From assembly GCA_034722055.1 (NCBI GenBank), contig JAYENL010000130.1, forward strand, positions 18,021 to 82,020: DNA of 64,000 nucleotides, written 5' to 3'. Each line of letters opens with the position of its first letter. The stretch's first letter is position 1. Shown one piece after another: positions 1 to 9,435 of this stretch. The DNA comes from Armatimonadota bacterium (GTDB lineage Bacteria; Armatimonadota; Zipacnadia; Zipacnadales; UBA5352). A program made the position numbers and the translations under genes. The notes below the pieces were generated by a model. That model searched no databases. It saw nothing but the letters and a program-made list of their open reading frames with translations, and had not been told where the DNA came from.

Positions 1-278
1 GAATCGGCGACGCGCAGGGACTGCTCCACGCCCTTCACGCCCTCCACCCGCACCGCCTCATCCGTGCTCGACAGCGGCAGCCGCCAGTGCGAGGTGGCCA
101 TGACGGATGCGATCTCTATGCCGGCCGCATCCGCCGCCGCCCGCGCCTCCTCCGCCTCCGCCTGACTCTCCACGCCGGTCAGCTCCAGCCCCTCCAGCCC
201 CGCCTCGGCGGCCAGGGCGAACCTCTCGCTCAGGGACATCTCCGGCGGCATGGAGCCCAGGGTCATCGCCTTCTTCAC
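1..278 (-). CDS. sugar phosphate isomerase/epimerase (TIM-barrel), 5' part; runs off window edge
   Basis: Not in ORF track; manual translation from GTG at 278 gives MKKAMTLGSMPPEMSLSERFALAAEAGLEGLEL...HWRLPLSSTDEAVRVEG; GAGGAGG RBS upstream. Confidence 0.75.
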   Translation of the reverse strand, partial: MKKAMTLGSMPPEMSLSERFALAAEAGLEGLELTGVESQAEAEEARAAADAAGIEIASVMATSHWRLPLSSTDEAVRVEGVKGVEQSLRVAD

Positions 279-436
279 AGCACAACCTCCTCGTGTCAAT
301 GACGGTATCATCTCGCCGGGGTGTCGGCCCCCCGCGCGGTCGCTGGCACCTTCCGAGGGCCAAGGACTTTTCCCTTCTCGCGCAGAATCTTTTTGCCGAG
401 AGCGTCCCTATACGCCTTCAGGAGGGAGCGCCACTG

Positions 437-1276
437 ATGAAGCTGTGCGGCCATACCATGGGCATGCCGAACAGGGACATCTTCCAGTCCATCTCCCTGT
501 GCGCCGAGATCGGCTACGACGGGATTGAGGTCCGCTGCGCCGAGAACGGGCAGATGCACCTGGAGGAGCTGAGCCCCGACGAGGTGCAGCGCATCGGGGA
601 GCACGCCGAGGAGCAGGGCGTGGAGATCGCCTGCCTCACGCCCTACTACCGTGACTTCATGACTGAGGAGACCACCGCCGCCACCCTCGACGGCTATCGG
701 CTGGCCTGCGGCATCGCCCGGGAGCTGGACTGCCCGCTCGTCCGCGCCATCTCCGGCACCTGGCCCGACGAGAACTTCAGCCGCGAGGAGGTCTTTGCCA
801 GGACCGTCTCGGGCATGAAGGAGGCGGCGCTGATCGCCGATCACAACGGCGTCCGGCTGGCGGTGGAGACGCATCGGGGGCAGCTCGCCTGGAGCGCCAC
901 GGAGGCGCTGGAGTTCGTGGAGGCCGTCGATCACCCGGCGGTGGGGGTCCTCTACGACGCCTACTGGGTGCAGGTGCGCGGTGAGGAGGACCTGGGGCAG
1001 CAGATCAGCATGCTCTCGCCATGGATCATCCACGTGCACGCCAAGAACGTGCGCTACGACGACGAGGGCAGGGCCCACGCGACCCTCCTGGATGAGGGCG
1101 AGATGGACTGGTGCCAGATCATCACGCTGCTTGACGCCATCGGCTATGAGGGCTACATCTCCGACGAGTACGAGAAGTTCTGGCGCCCGGCCGAGTTCCC
1201 GGAGCCGGAGGTGGGGATGAAGCGCAACTGCGAGGTCCTCCGGGAGTGCCTCATCGAGCTCGGAGCGCTGGAGTAG
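437..1276 (+). CDS. sugar phosphate isomerase/epimerase (xylose isomerase-like TIM barrel)
   Basis: MKLCGHTMG..GYDGIE..LAVETH..YDAYW..HVHAKN..SDEYE motifs; GGAGGGAG RBS before ATG 437. Confidence 0.85.
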   Translation: MKLCGHTMGMPNRDIFQSISLCAEIGYDGIEVRCAENGQMHLEELSPDEVQRIGEHAEEQGVEIACLTPYYRDFMTEETTAATLDGYRLACGIARELDCPLVRAISGTWPDENFSREEVFARTVSGMKEAALIADHNGVRLAVETHRGQLAWSATEALEFVEAVDHPAVGVLYDAYWVQVRGEEDLGQQISMLSPWIIHVHAKNVRYDDEGRAHATLLDEGEMDWCQIITLLDAIGYEGYISDEYEKFWRPAEFPEPEVGMKRNCEVLRECLIELGALE

Positions 1277-1320
1277 GCGGTACGCTACCCTTGTCTGCGG
1301 GTGGAGGCCCCCTCAGCCGC

Positions 1321-2448
1321 TCAGCCGCCCTGAGGACGGCTTGGCGACCTGTCGGCCTGCAGACTCTGCTGCAGGTCCTGGGGGATATCCCCGCCGACCT
1401 GGGGGTTCCATCGCGTGGTCTTGAAGATGTCGTTCCACAGGGCTGTGAAGTTCGGGCGCCCCTCACCCACCATCCGCAGCGTCTTCCGGTTCGTGTTGCC
1501 GCGGAAGACCATCACGTGCTCCCCGTTGGGCGCCGTCATCACCATCTGAACCGTGAGGGCCTCAACGGCCTCATCCGCCCGGACGGTAGCGAGGGCTATA
1601 CGGTAGGCCTGGCGTACAACTCGCTCCACCAGATGCCCTCTCGGCAGCGATTGGGGGACGGTGGCGCGGACGACGGCGTAGCCCGTGTAGGGATCAACCA
1701 TGGCGGTGACCTTCCCGGTCATGGGGCGATCGTCGCCCCATGTCAGGGAGCTGACGGCGTCGATGACCGCGCGATCGTGGTCGGTCACCGGCTCGGAGAT
1801 CTCCTCCTGCCGGGTGCGGGAGATGGGCCTGCGCGGAGCCCGGCGCGGCGCCTGCCGGGCAGCCCAGTGCTGCTGCGGGTTCTCGCGGGCCGTGGGGATC
1901 TCCACCCCCCCCCGCTGCGGCGCCGGCGCGGACCGAGTGCCGCGCACGGTGCTGGGCGCGGTGAGGCCCGGGGAGCGCTGCGGCCGGCCGGTCTCGGCGG
2001 TCGTCGCGCGCGGCGTCGGCGGCGGCTCGACCTCCACGCGGCCCGCCGTCAGGCCGACGATTACCAGGATCACGACCACCACCATCGCCGCCGCACCGAT
2101 CGCCAGCCAGATCAGCCGCCGGCGGCCGGCCTCGGCCTCCTCCACCAGCTCCGGCTCCGGGCCGGTGCGGGCCTCGCGGGCCTGCTCCTCAGCATCCTCG
2201 AGCTTGGCGCGAAGCTCCGGGGTGTCCGCAAGCTGGATGGCCAGGTCGTACCACTCCGCGGCGTCCTCCCACAGCTCCCGCCGGTACATGATGTCGCCCA
2301 TCTTCTCGTGGGCGGCGGCGCTGGTGGGATGGCGCTGCAGCAGCTCCTTGCACGCCCGCTGGGCGGGGCGGAGATTCCCGTCGTGGATCAGATGGTCGAT
2401 GCCCCGCAGGTCCGCCTGAATCTCGCTCCCCCCGGTGGACTCGCTCAT
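1321..2448 (-). CDS. membrane-anchored protein with N-terminal TPR-like region
   Basis: AAAHEKMGDIMYRRELWEDAAEWYDLA TPR-like helix pair, one TM helix, Pro/Arg-rich linker. Confidence 0.65.
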   Translation of the reverse strand: MSESTGGSEIQADLRGIDHLIHDGNLRPAQRACKELLQRHPTSAAAHEKMGDIMYRRELWEDAAEWYDLAIQLADTPELRAKLEDAEEQAREARTGPEPELVEEAEAGRRRLIWLAIGAAAMVVVVILVIVGLTAGRVEVEPPPTPRATTAETGRPQRSPGLTAPSTVRGTRSAPAPQRGGVEIPTARENPQQHWAARQAPRRAPRRPISRTRQEEISEPVTDHDRAVIDAVSSLTWGDDRPMTGKVTAMVDPYTGYAVVRATVPQSLPRGHLVERVVRQAYRIALATVRADEAVEALTVQMVMTAPNGEHVMVFRGNTNRKTLRMVGEGRPNFTALWNDIFKTTRWNPQVGGDIPQDLQQSLQADRSPSRPQGG

Positions 2449-2461
2449 TTCTGCTCCTATC

Positions 2462-2977
2462 TCAGCTCCGTAACTGCTCCGGTGGCTCCGGCCGCTTGAC
2501 CATGCGCACCCGCTCAACCTCGTAGCCCATCTTGCGGTAGAAGGCCACGGCTCGCTCGTTGACCACGCTGGCGTCGAGCATGATCTTCTCGACGCCCTGG
2601 TCGAACAGCCACTGCTCAACGACCCGCATCAGCCGCTGAGCCGCTCCCGTGCCGCGAAGGTGCGGCGCCACGTATACGTTCTTAATATACCCCACTCGCG
2701 GGTCCACCAACGTTGACATCAGCGAACCCCAGATGAATCCGCAAAGCTGCCGGTCCTGTTCCATCACGAACATGATCTCGTTGGGGTCCCGCGCCGCCCG
2801 CCTCAGGTCCCGGCTGTAGTCCTCCCGGAAGGCCCCATCCACCTGGAAGCCGGGGAAGTTCCCCTCGTAGATCTCGTACTGGAACTCCAGCACGGCGTCC
2901 AGATCGCGCCGCAGGTTGAGGCGCCGCAGCTTCGGCTCGCCACGGGGCGCGTTGCGCTCGGCCCGTATCGCAGCCAT
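2462..2977 (-). CDS. GNAT family N-acetyltransferase
   Basis: YIKNVYVAPHLRGTGAA and NERAVAFYRKMGY acetyl-CoA-binding motifs. Confidence 0.85.
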   Translation of the reverse strand: MAAIRAERNAPRGEPKLRRLNLRRDLDAVLEFQYEIYEGNFPGFQVDGAFREDYSRDLRRAARDPNEIMFVMEQDRQLCGFIWGSLMSTLVDPRVGYIKNVYVAPHLRGTGAAQRLMRVVEQWLFDQGVEKIMLDASVVNERAVAFYRKMGYEVERVRMVKRPEPPEQLRS

Positions 2978-2978
2978 C

Positions 2979-3293
2979 TCAGCCGCCCTGGTCGATGATC
3001 TCCACGTGCTCCTGCACGATCCGGCGGGGGCAGAGCTTGATGAACGACCACAGCGCGCCGATGGCCACCGCCGAGTCATCCACCCACCCCAGCGGGATGA
3101 GCAGGTCCGGCATCAGATCCGACGGCAGGGCCACGTAGGCCAGGCCCAGCACCAGCACCGCCTTCGGCAGCCAGCTCACCCGCTTGTCCTGGAACAGCCG
3201 CACGTAGAGCTTGGCGAAGTTGGGCAGGTGCACCAGCATGCGCAGGGTGTTCATCTGCCCGGGATTGAAGCCAATTCCCGATGGCTCTCGCAT
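2979..3293 (-). CDS. YkvA/DUF1232 family membrane protein
   Basis: LAYVALPSDLMPDLLIPLGWVDD signature; AAGGAG RBS before ATG 3293. Confidence 0.85.
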   Translation of the reverse strand: MREPSGIGFNPGQMNTLRMLVHLPNFAKLYVRLFQDKRVSWLPKAVLVLGLAYVALPSDLMPDLLIPLGWVDDSAVAIGALWSFIKLCPRRIVQEHVEIIDQGG

Positions 3294-3365
3294 CTCTCTC
3301 TCCTTCGGCGTGCGCCGGGCCACTCTCCCCTTGTACAGTCGCTCTCGGACCGGGGATTGTTCCCG

Positions 3366-4436
3366 CTATCCGCCACGCAGCTCGTCCAGGACCTGCTCGG
3401 TCACGTCCTGGTCGATGCTGGCCGCGAACCCCTCCCTCGTGGCCTTCTCGGCCACCTCCTGCACGAAGGCCGGGTCCACATCCGCCTTATCGAGGCCCAG
3501 CGCCACCATGATGGCGTCGGCGTTGGCCTCGCCCACCGCCTGATCCAGCGCCACCATGATCTCCAGGATCGTCGCATAAAGCTGCGCGTCCATCTCCGCC
3601 TCCATGGGCTGGTCCACGGCCGGGTCCGGCACCACGCCGCGTCGCACCGCCGCGATCAGCACCGGCACCAGCTCCCACCTCCCGGCCTCCACCAGCTCGC
3701 CGCCCAGCCGCCCCACGTTGGGCCAGTTGGGCAGCGCTGAGACCGCATGCAGGCGCGTGAAGGGTGGCTCCTCCGCCGTCAGGTCCATCCGCCAGGCGAC
3801 GCGACCGGGGCCGACCAGCTCCCCGGTGCTCTCCACGACCTCCCCGGGGAGCTGCACCGAGAAGCGCAGGCCGGCGTCACCACTGGACATCATCATGGTC
3901 ATCATCTGGCCGAAGGCCTCCTGCATCTGCTCGTTGATCTCCATCTGCATCTCGTCCTCGGCCTGCTCGTCCTCCTCCTCGGTCTCGCCCTCGGCCTGCT
4001 CGCCCTCGGCCTCACCTGCAGCCGGGGGGCCGCTGCTGAAGGCGGCCTCCAGCTTCTCCTCCGGGAACTGCATGGCGAACTCGTAGCGGGTGGTCAGCAG
4101 ATGAGTGGTGCTTGAGAACTCGGGCGCTACCTCGGCGTCCTCGGTGAAGAGGCTCTCGCCGGGGCCGGCATGGCCGACCATGGCCTTCACGTGCCACTGG
4201 CCGCGATCGTACTCCTCCTCCTGCCACTTCCCCTCCGCCAGCTCACTGCCCAGATCAGTAGTGAAGTCGCCCTCGCCCCGCTCCGCCATGGACTTGAGCA
4301 CGCCGGCCTCCAGGCGCGCGTCCACACTGCCGTCGGGAGCCATCGCGAACTGACCGTCGATGAACATGCAGCCACCCAGCAGCGCCAGCGCCGTGAGGGC
4401 CGCCGCTGCGACCATGATCCTACTCGTAGACGCCAT
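3366..4436 (-). CDS. putative lipoprotein with acidic linker
   Basis: Signal peptide ending in LGGC lipobox; E-rich central linker. Confidence 0.65.
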   Translation of the reverse strand: MASTSRIMVAAAALTALALLGGCMFIDGQFAMAPDGSVDARLEAGVLKSMAERGEGDFTTDLGSELAEGKWQEEEYDRGQWHVKAMVGHAGPGESLFTEDAEVAPEFSSTTHLLTTRYEFAMQFPEEKLEAAFSSGPPAAGEAEGEQAEGETEEEDEQAEDEMQMEINEQMQEAFGQMMTMMMSSGDAGLRFSVQLPGEVVESTGELVGPGRVAWRMDLTAEEPPFTRLHAVSALPNWPNVGRLGGELVEAGRWELVPVLIAAVRRGVVPDPAVDQPMEAEMDAQLYATILEIMVALDQAVGEANADAIMVALGLDKADVDPAFVQEVAEKATREGFAASIDQDVTEQVLDELRGG

Positions 4437-5490
4437 ACTCGTCCACCGCCTCGAAGAGCGCCTCGATGTTCTCCCAGGGTACATCCGGCTCCAGCACGTG
4501 CGTGGGTGCCACCAGCAGGCCCCCACCGGCTCCCACAGTGTCGATCGTCCACTTCACGGCCTCCCCAACCTCTTCGGGAGTGCCGAAGGGCATCGTCGTC
4601 TGCGTTCCGATGCAGCCCCAGAACGCCAGCCGGTCCCCGTACCGGCGCTTCAGGGCCGCCGGGTCCATACACTCCGGCTGCACCGGGTTGAGGATGTCGA
4701 AGCCGATCTCGATGAGGTCCTCAATGACCTCCCGCACGTCCCCGTCACTATGATACCATGCCAGGATGTCCGGGTTGACGTCCTTCGCGGCTCGGATGAC
4801 CCTCCGCCAGCGAGGCTTGAGCCACTCCCGCCACATCTCCGGGCTCATCATCAGCCGGTCCTGCATGCCGATGTCATCGCCGCAGTGGATCATGTCCGCG
4901 CCGGCTTGGGCGTAGCGGCGCGCCATGAAGGCGCGATCCTCGGTGATCCTATCGAATATGTACCCCGCGAACGCCCGGTTCAACACCATGTCCTGCATCA
5001 GCTTCTCCATGCGGGTGAGCGCCCAGGCGTTCTCCCAGATGTGGCCCACGCCCCCGGAGACGAACCACTCGTCCTGGTGCAGGGCCGCCACGGTTTCCTC
5101 CAGGTGGGCGTGCCGGCGCTCGGGCGTGTAGTCCGGCCAGGGATACTCCTCCAGCTCCTCCACCGTCTCAGCGCGCTCCAGGGGATAGATGCGGGAGGTG
5201 AAGTGATAGAAGTCGCTGGGCACGCGCCCGGAGCCGTACTCGTTGATGCTGGTGCCCTCCGGGATCCCGTCGGGGTAGTAGAGCGAGAAGTCCTGCGGCT
5301 CCTGGGGGCCTCTGAAGCCCACTCCGCGGCGCTCGAAGCCGAAGTACTCTGCGGCGTTGGTAGCCCCGGTGTTCTCCTCGAAGGCCGCCTGGATGGCCGG
5401 CGTGAAGCCGGCCTCCTTGGGCACCCGGTCCGGCACCTCCCGCCGCATGGTGGTGATCACCCGCTGGCGCGGCGACATCTCTGTGCGCAC
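4420..5490 (-). CDS. uroporphyrinogen decarboxylase (URO-D/MtaA-CmuA) family protein
   Basis: GDDIG..MSPEMWREWLKP..WYHSDG..LNPVQPECMD..GCIGTQTTMPFGTPEEV..APTH motifs; GGAGGT RBS before GTG 5490. Confidence 0.85.
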   Translation of the reverse strand: MRTEMSPRQRVITTMRREVPDRVPKEAGFTPAIQAAFEENTGATNAAEYFGFERRGVGFRGPQEPQDFSLYYPDGIPEGTSINEYGSGRVPSDFYHFTSRIYPLERAETVEELEEYPWPDYTPERRHAHLEETVAALHQDEWFVSGGVGHIWENAWALTRMEKLMQDMVLNRAFAGYIFDRITEDRAFMARRYAQAGADMIHCGDDIGMQDRLMMSPEMWREWLKPRWRRVIRAAKDVNPDILAWYHSDGDVREVIEDLIEIGFDILNPVQPECMDPAALKRRYGDRLAFWGCIGTQTTMPFGTPEEVGEAVKWTIDTVGAGGGLLVAPTHVLEPDVPWENIEALFEAVDEYGVYE

Positions 5491-5501
5491 GGGCACCTCC
5501 C

Positions 5502-6257
5502 TCAGCCGCGCATGCGGCCGAAGATGAAGAAGATGGTGGCGACGATGCTCACTGCCAGCATGATCAGACTGACCATCGGCGGAATCCACTCCGCCAGCAG
5601 CCCGATGACCACTGCGGGGACCAGAAAGACCACGATCAGCCACTTCCACAGCCGCATCATCTCCGGCGTGGTCAGCGTCTCGATGATCTCCACGGAGCCC
5701 TTCAGGTACATTCCGCACTCCGTGCAGCGCACCGCGTCCTGGGGGCTGTAGGCGCCACAGACAGGACACCGCTGCATGTGCATGTCCCGCCGGCGCCTGG
5801 CATCCAGGCAACGCTCCAGCCGCCGCTGGATGTCGGCGCTCCCGGAATGTATCTCCACGTAGGCCTGGTAGTGCTCGATGGCCCGGTCCAGGTCCCCACG
5901 CTGCTCGTAGATCTCGCCCAGCTTCCGATGGGGGAAGGGCACATCCGGCTGCCGCTCAAGGGCCTCGTAGTACCTGGCGATGTCCTGGGCCTCCAGCCGG
6001 CGCGTGCCGACCTCCTGCGTCGCCAGCGGCATGACGGTGATGAGCAGGCACACCACCATGAGCAGCAGGAAGAGCCCTATCGCCACCGGCCCGCCCATCA
6101 GTGTGCCGCCCAACAGCGCCAGCATCAGCGACAGTATCAGCACGAACTCCCAGCCGCTGATCACCTTATCGGTGATCCACATCCCGAAGAGGCGGAAGAT
6201 GGCCCAGCCAAACAGAGCAATGCACCCGAGGATCAGAAGCGCGAGTATGGCGCCCAC
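5502..6257 (-). CDS. membrane protein with TPR and double zinc ribbon
   Basis: N- and C-terminal TM helices, HRKLGEIYEQRGDLDRAIEHY TPR, CPVC..CTEC. Confidence 0.7.
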   Translation of the reverse strand: MGAILALLILGCIALFGWAIFRLFGMWITDKVISGWEFVLILSLMLALLGGTLMGGPVAIGLFLLLMVVCLLITVMPLATQEVGTRRLEAQDIARYYEALERQPDVPFPHRKLGEIYEQRGDLDRAIEHYQAYVEIHSGSADIQRRLERCLDARRRRDMHMQRCPVCGAYSPQDAVRCTECGMYLKGSVEIIETLTTPEMMRLWKWLIVVFLVPAVVIGLLAEWIPPMVSLIMLAVSIVATIFFIFGRMRG

Positions 6258-6292
6258 GACTTGAATCCCCCTTCTCGCCGGTTCCGGACACG

Positions 6293-7588
6293 TCAGCGCT
6301 CATCCGACAGCCCGTGGATGCTCGCCCCCCGCTGGTGCAGCCGCAGGCGAAGCTGGTCCGCGTCCACGGCGCGCACGTCACCCGTCGCCAGCGCCATCTG
6401 CGCCGCGCAGCCGGCCGCCTCGCCGATGGCCATTACGATGGGCATCACGCGCAGCGAGCTGTGCGCCCCGTGGTCGCACGAGACGCAGCGGGCGGCGATG
6501 AGCAGGTTCTCGAAGCCACGCGGCGTCAGGCAGCGGTACGGGATGTCGTAGGCCTCGCCCGGCGGCAGCCGCTTGATGACCGTCCCGCTGCCCGCCGGGT
6601 TGTGGATGTCCACGCAGTACGAGCCGCGGGCGATGCCGTCATCGAAGGTGCGCGCCGCCAGCACGTCCTCGGTGGTCAGCACGTAGTCGCCCATCACCCG
6701 CCGGCTCTCGCGCACGCCGATCTGCGGCGCGATCTCCTGCAGCCAGGCCTCCTCGAAGCCCGACACCTCCCGGGTGAGGAAGCGCACCATCTCGCGCACC
6801 TGCCGCCGCGCCTGCAGCTCCGCGTGGGTCATGTCCTCGGCGTTGGTGGGATCATGCTTCACTATCCGTGTAGTGTTGAGATGCACCTCGTTTTCGTGCG
6901 TCGTGAAGAAAAAAAGGACGTTCTCGCGCGGGTTGTCGATCTCCCCGCGCTCCCTGGCGGCGTCGTAGAGCTCAGTGATGTCGCCGCGCGAGGGCACGCG
7001 GTCGAGGTCCACATTCACCATGCGGAAGCACAGCGTCATGGGCTGGCAGAGGCCGTCCTCCTCCCGGCCGATCTCGACCTCCGCCCCGGCCCGGGCCGCC
7101 AGATCGCCGTCGCCCGTGGCGTCGATGAACACCTCGCCCTTGACCTGCTGCAGCCCGGACTTGCTCAGCGTGGCGATCCTGCTTACTCGACCGTCGCGGG
7201 TGTCTACGTGCGCCAGCATGGTGTGCAGACGCAGCCGCACGTCCGCCTCCTCGCACAGATCATCGGCCACCAACTTGAGCAGCTCGTCGTCGAAGGCGCT
7301 GCCCTGCCGGGGGCCCGCCCAGCCGCCGTAGTCGTCGAGCCGCTCGATGATGCGCTCGAACAGCCCCCGGATGATGGGCTTGCCGCCCGCGTGCCAGGTC
7401 ATGAAGGGGTTGACCAGCCCTGCTGTGGCCATCCCGCCCAGGAAGCCGTAGCGCTCGATCAGCAGCGTGTCAGCGCCCTCCTCAGCGGCGGCCACCGCCG
7501 CGCACAATCCACCCGGCCCACCGCCCACCACCACGACCTCGGCCTCCGCTGCCACCTCAAGGGCGTCGAAGCTCACGGCGTCGCTCAT
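6293..7588 (-). CDS. FAD-dependent oxidoreductase
   Basis: VVVVGGGPGG Rossmann motif, FIDATGDGDLA, GVRESRR, YDIPYRCL. Confidence 0.85.
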   Translation of the reverse strand: MSDAVSFDALEVAAEAEVVVVGGGPGGLCAAVAAAEEGADTLLIERYGFLGGMATAGLVNPFMTWHAGGKPIIRGLFERIIERLDDYGGWAGPRQGSAFDDELLKLVADDLCEEADVRLRLHTMLAHVDTRDGRVSRIATLSKSGLQQVKGEVFIDATGDGDLAARAGAEVEIGREEDGLCQPMTLCFRMVNVDLDRVPSRGDITELYDAARERGEIDNPRENVLFFFTTHENEVHLNTTRIVKHDPTNAEDMTHAELQARRQVREMVRFLTREVSGFEEAWLQEIAPQIGVRESRRVMGDYVLTTEDVLAARTFDDGIARGSYCVDIHNPAGSGTVIKRLPPGEAYDIPYRCLTPRGFENLLIAARCVSCDHGAHSSLRVMPIVMAIGEAAGCAAQMALATGDVRAVDADQLRLRLHQRGASIHGLSDER

Positions 7589-7935
7589 GTCTGGGGCTCC
7601 TCGCATTCGAGATCAACGTGAATGCGTATTCCGCGCTCTGCCGCCTCGCGTGCCAGCGAGTTCCACTCCTGCATCTCCTCGAAGTGCTGAGGCGTGCAGG
7701 GCAGCAGCTCGAGCTGCAGGTCCAGCTTCCACTCCCGCTGCAGCTCCGGGAGCAGCTTGCCCAGCGGGCGCCCCTCGAAGCTCTCGGAGAGCAGCACCAG
7801 GTTCAGGTCCGAGTGCGGGCGCTCGTCCCCGCGCGCCCGTGAGCCGAAGAAGATGGCGTCCTCCACACCCACCCGGCGCAGGAACCGCCGAATCTCCTCG
7901 ATCAGCTCTTCGCGTTGTACTGTGTCTCGATCCAC
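7585..7935 (-). CDS. minimal nucleotidyltransferase (MNT), second catalytic Asp replaced by Asn
   Basis: FFGSRARGDERPHSDLNLVLL (canonical GSxARG..SDxD). Confidence 0.8.
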   Translation of the reverse strand: MDRDTVQREELIEEIRRFLRRVGVEDAIFFGSRARGDERPHSDLNLVLLSESFEGRPLGKLLPELQREWKLDLQLELLPCTPQHFEEMQEWNSLAREAAERGIRIHVDLECEEPQT

Positions 7936-8300
7936 TCGAAGGCCTCCTGAGCCATCGCCACGGCCTCGCGCGCATCCTCGGGCTCGAAGCGCTCCGAGGG
8001 CGGCCCGCCGGCGGCGTCCACGTAGCGGGTGGACATGTAGAAGGGGTTCAGCCTCTTAATGATTGCCCACATGTCGTCGGGTATCCTGCCGAACACGTCG
8101 TGAACCATCGCCTGCAGGGAGTGCTCGTGGGGCATGGGGCGGTCCTTGAGGATGGGGTAGCCGCACTTGAGGAGCTTCTCAACGGCCTGCCGGGCGTGGA
8201 AGATGGCGTGGCTGGGGATGTCGTGCCGGGAGAGCAGCCGGGCCGCCTCCAGGTCGATCCGCGCATCGGCGATCCACGACCGCTCCCGCTCGGAGAGCAT
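7902..8300 (-). CDS. HEPN domain protein (COG2250-like)
   Basis: W..DA..DL..A..L..AIFHARQAVEKLLK..H.L..Y..TRY pattern; overlaps downstream MNT. Confidence 0.8.
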   Translation of the reverse strand: MLSERERSWIADARIDLEAARLLSRHDIPSHAIFHARQAVEKLLKCGYPILKDRPMPHEHSLQAMVHDVFGRIPDDMWAIIKRLNPFYMSTRYVDAAGGPPSERFEPEDAREAVAMAQEAFEWIETQYNAKS

Positions 8301-8303
8301 CCC

Positions 8304-9391
8304 TCACGCGTCCTCGCCGGCTCCACCGACCGCTTCCCCGCCGCTCGCGCAGCCGGGCTTCCGCCGTGTCATCGACAGCCCGAAGGCGTCGGCCGATACC
8401 GTCGCGTCCGCCAGCGCGGTCTTCGGCAGCATCTCCTGGAGCTTCACCACCGTGTAGGCCGCTTTCAGCGAGCTGGCGAAGCCCGCCTTCAGCTCCCGGC
8501 TGGTCATCAGCTTCATGAACCAAGCGATCACCGGGTTGATGTCGCACCGCAGGTCGCCGAGGCAGTACGCACCGCCCGGCTTGAGCCCCCGCGCGATCTC
8601 GTCGAAGACGCGCTCCGGCTCGGCCCACTCATGCGGCGACCCGTTGCTGAACGCGCCATCGAAGGTGGCGTCCTCGAAGGGCATCGCCAGGGCATTCCCC
8701 TCCATGAACTCGGCGCGCTTAGTGATCCCGTACTCCTGGGCGTTGCGCTGCGCGACGGCGATCATCGCCGGGCTGATCTCCAAACCGTGCAGACGCGTCC
8801 CGTCCGTCGCCTTCAGCCACTCCAGGCCCAGGTAGCCCGGCCCGGGGCCGACCTCCAGCACGAGGCTCGAATCTACGCCCGCGCCGATGGTCTCCCGGGT
8901 GTGCATTAGCCCCCGGTCACGCATGCTGCGCTGGAAGCGGTCTGCCCTCGTCGGTCTCCACTAGTGCTCACTTCCGCAATTCCGCGTACCTTGACGACGG
9001 GCACAGTCGGCGCTCGGTTGCCTCAAAAACCCACCGGCTCCGGTGGAGGGGCCGCCGGGCGCGCAGCGCCCGGTGAGGCCTGTGACTGAGACTTCGTAGA
9101 AGTCTCCCAGCGAATAGGCCTCAGGTTCCACCCCGGCCCGGTGGATAGCTCTACCCAGGGGCTGAACGGCGCGCAGGCGGGGGCGCCCGCGCTGATGGTC
9201 GGGCTGGAAGCCCGTGAGACCGAAGGTCTCCAGTGGGCCGGGGTGGAACCTGCGCGGTCAGTCGCTACCGCTCCTGATCGCGCCCCGCTCGCTTCGCTCG
9301 CGGCGGCCCCTCCATGGCGGGCACGCCTCTTGTCGGGACGTAGGAAGCTACGCGAACTTCTGCGACTTAGCACTAAACGCGGCTTGATCAT
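8304..9391 (-). pseudogene. class I SAM-dependent methyltransferase interrupted by a TA-flanked element and a frameshifting deletion
   Basis: Body 8304-8924 has VLEVGPGPG SAM motif; removing the 8962-9375 element and one TA restores ATG ATC AAG CCG CGT TTA GTG GAG ACC GAC GAG GGC (MIKPRLVETDEG) with a GGGGAGG RBS; the following DRFQRSMRDRG is out of frame by 1 nt. Confidence 0.8.
8962..9375. mobile_element. MITE-like non-autonomous element, copy 1 (TA-flanked)
   Basis: TA at both ends; imperfect 27-nt terminal inverted repeats (about 19/27 match); internal perfect IRs 9044-9057/9301-9314 and 9122-9139/9235-9252; homologous to 14661-15022. Confidence 0.8.
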
Positions 9392-9435
9392 CGCTACGCC
9401 TCCCCGCTGTGAGTGTCACATCGCCGCCTATGCCT

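Noticed and set aside
9023..9391. 122-aa ORF MIKPRLVLSRR..
   Set aside because: Chimera of the methyltransferase's first codons and read-through into the inserted element.
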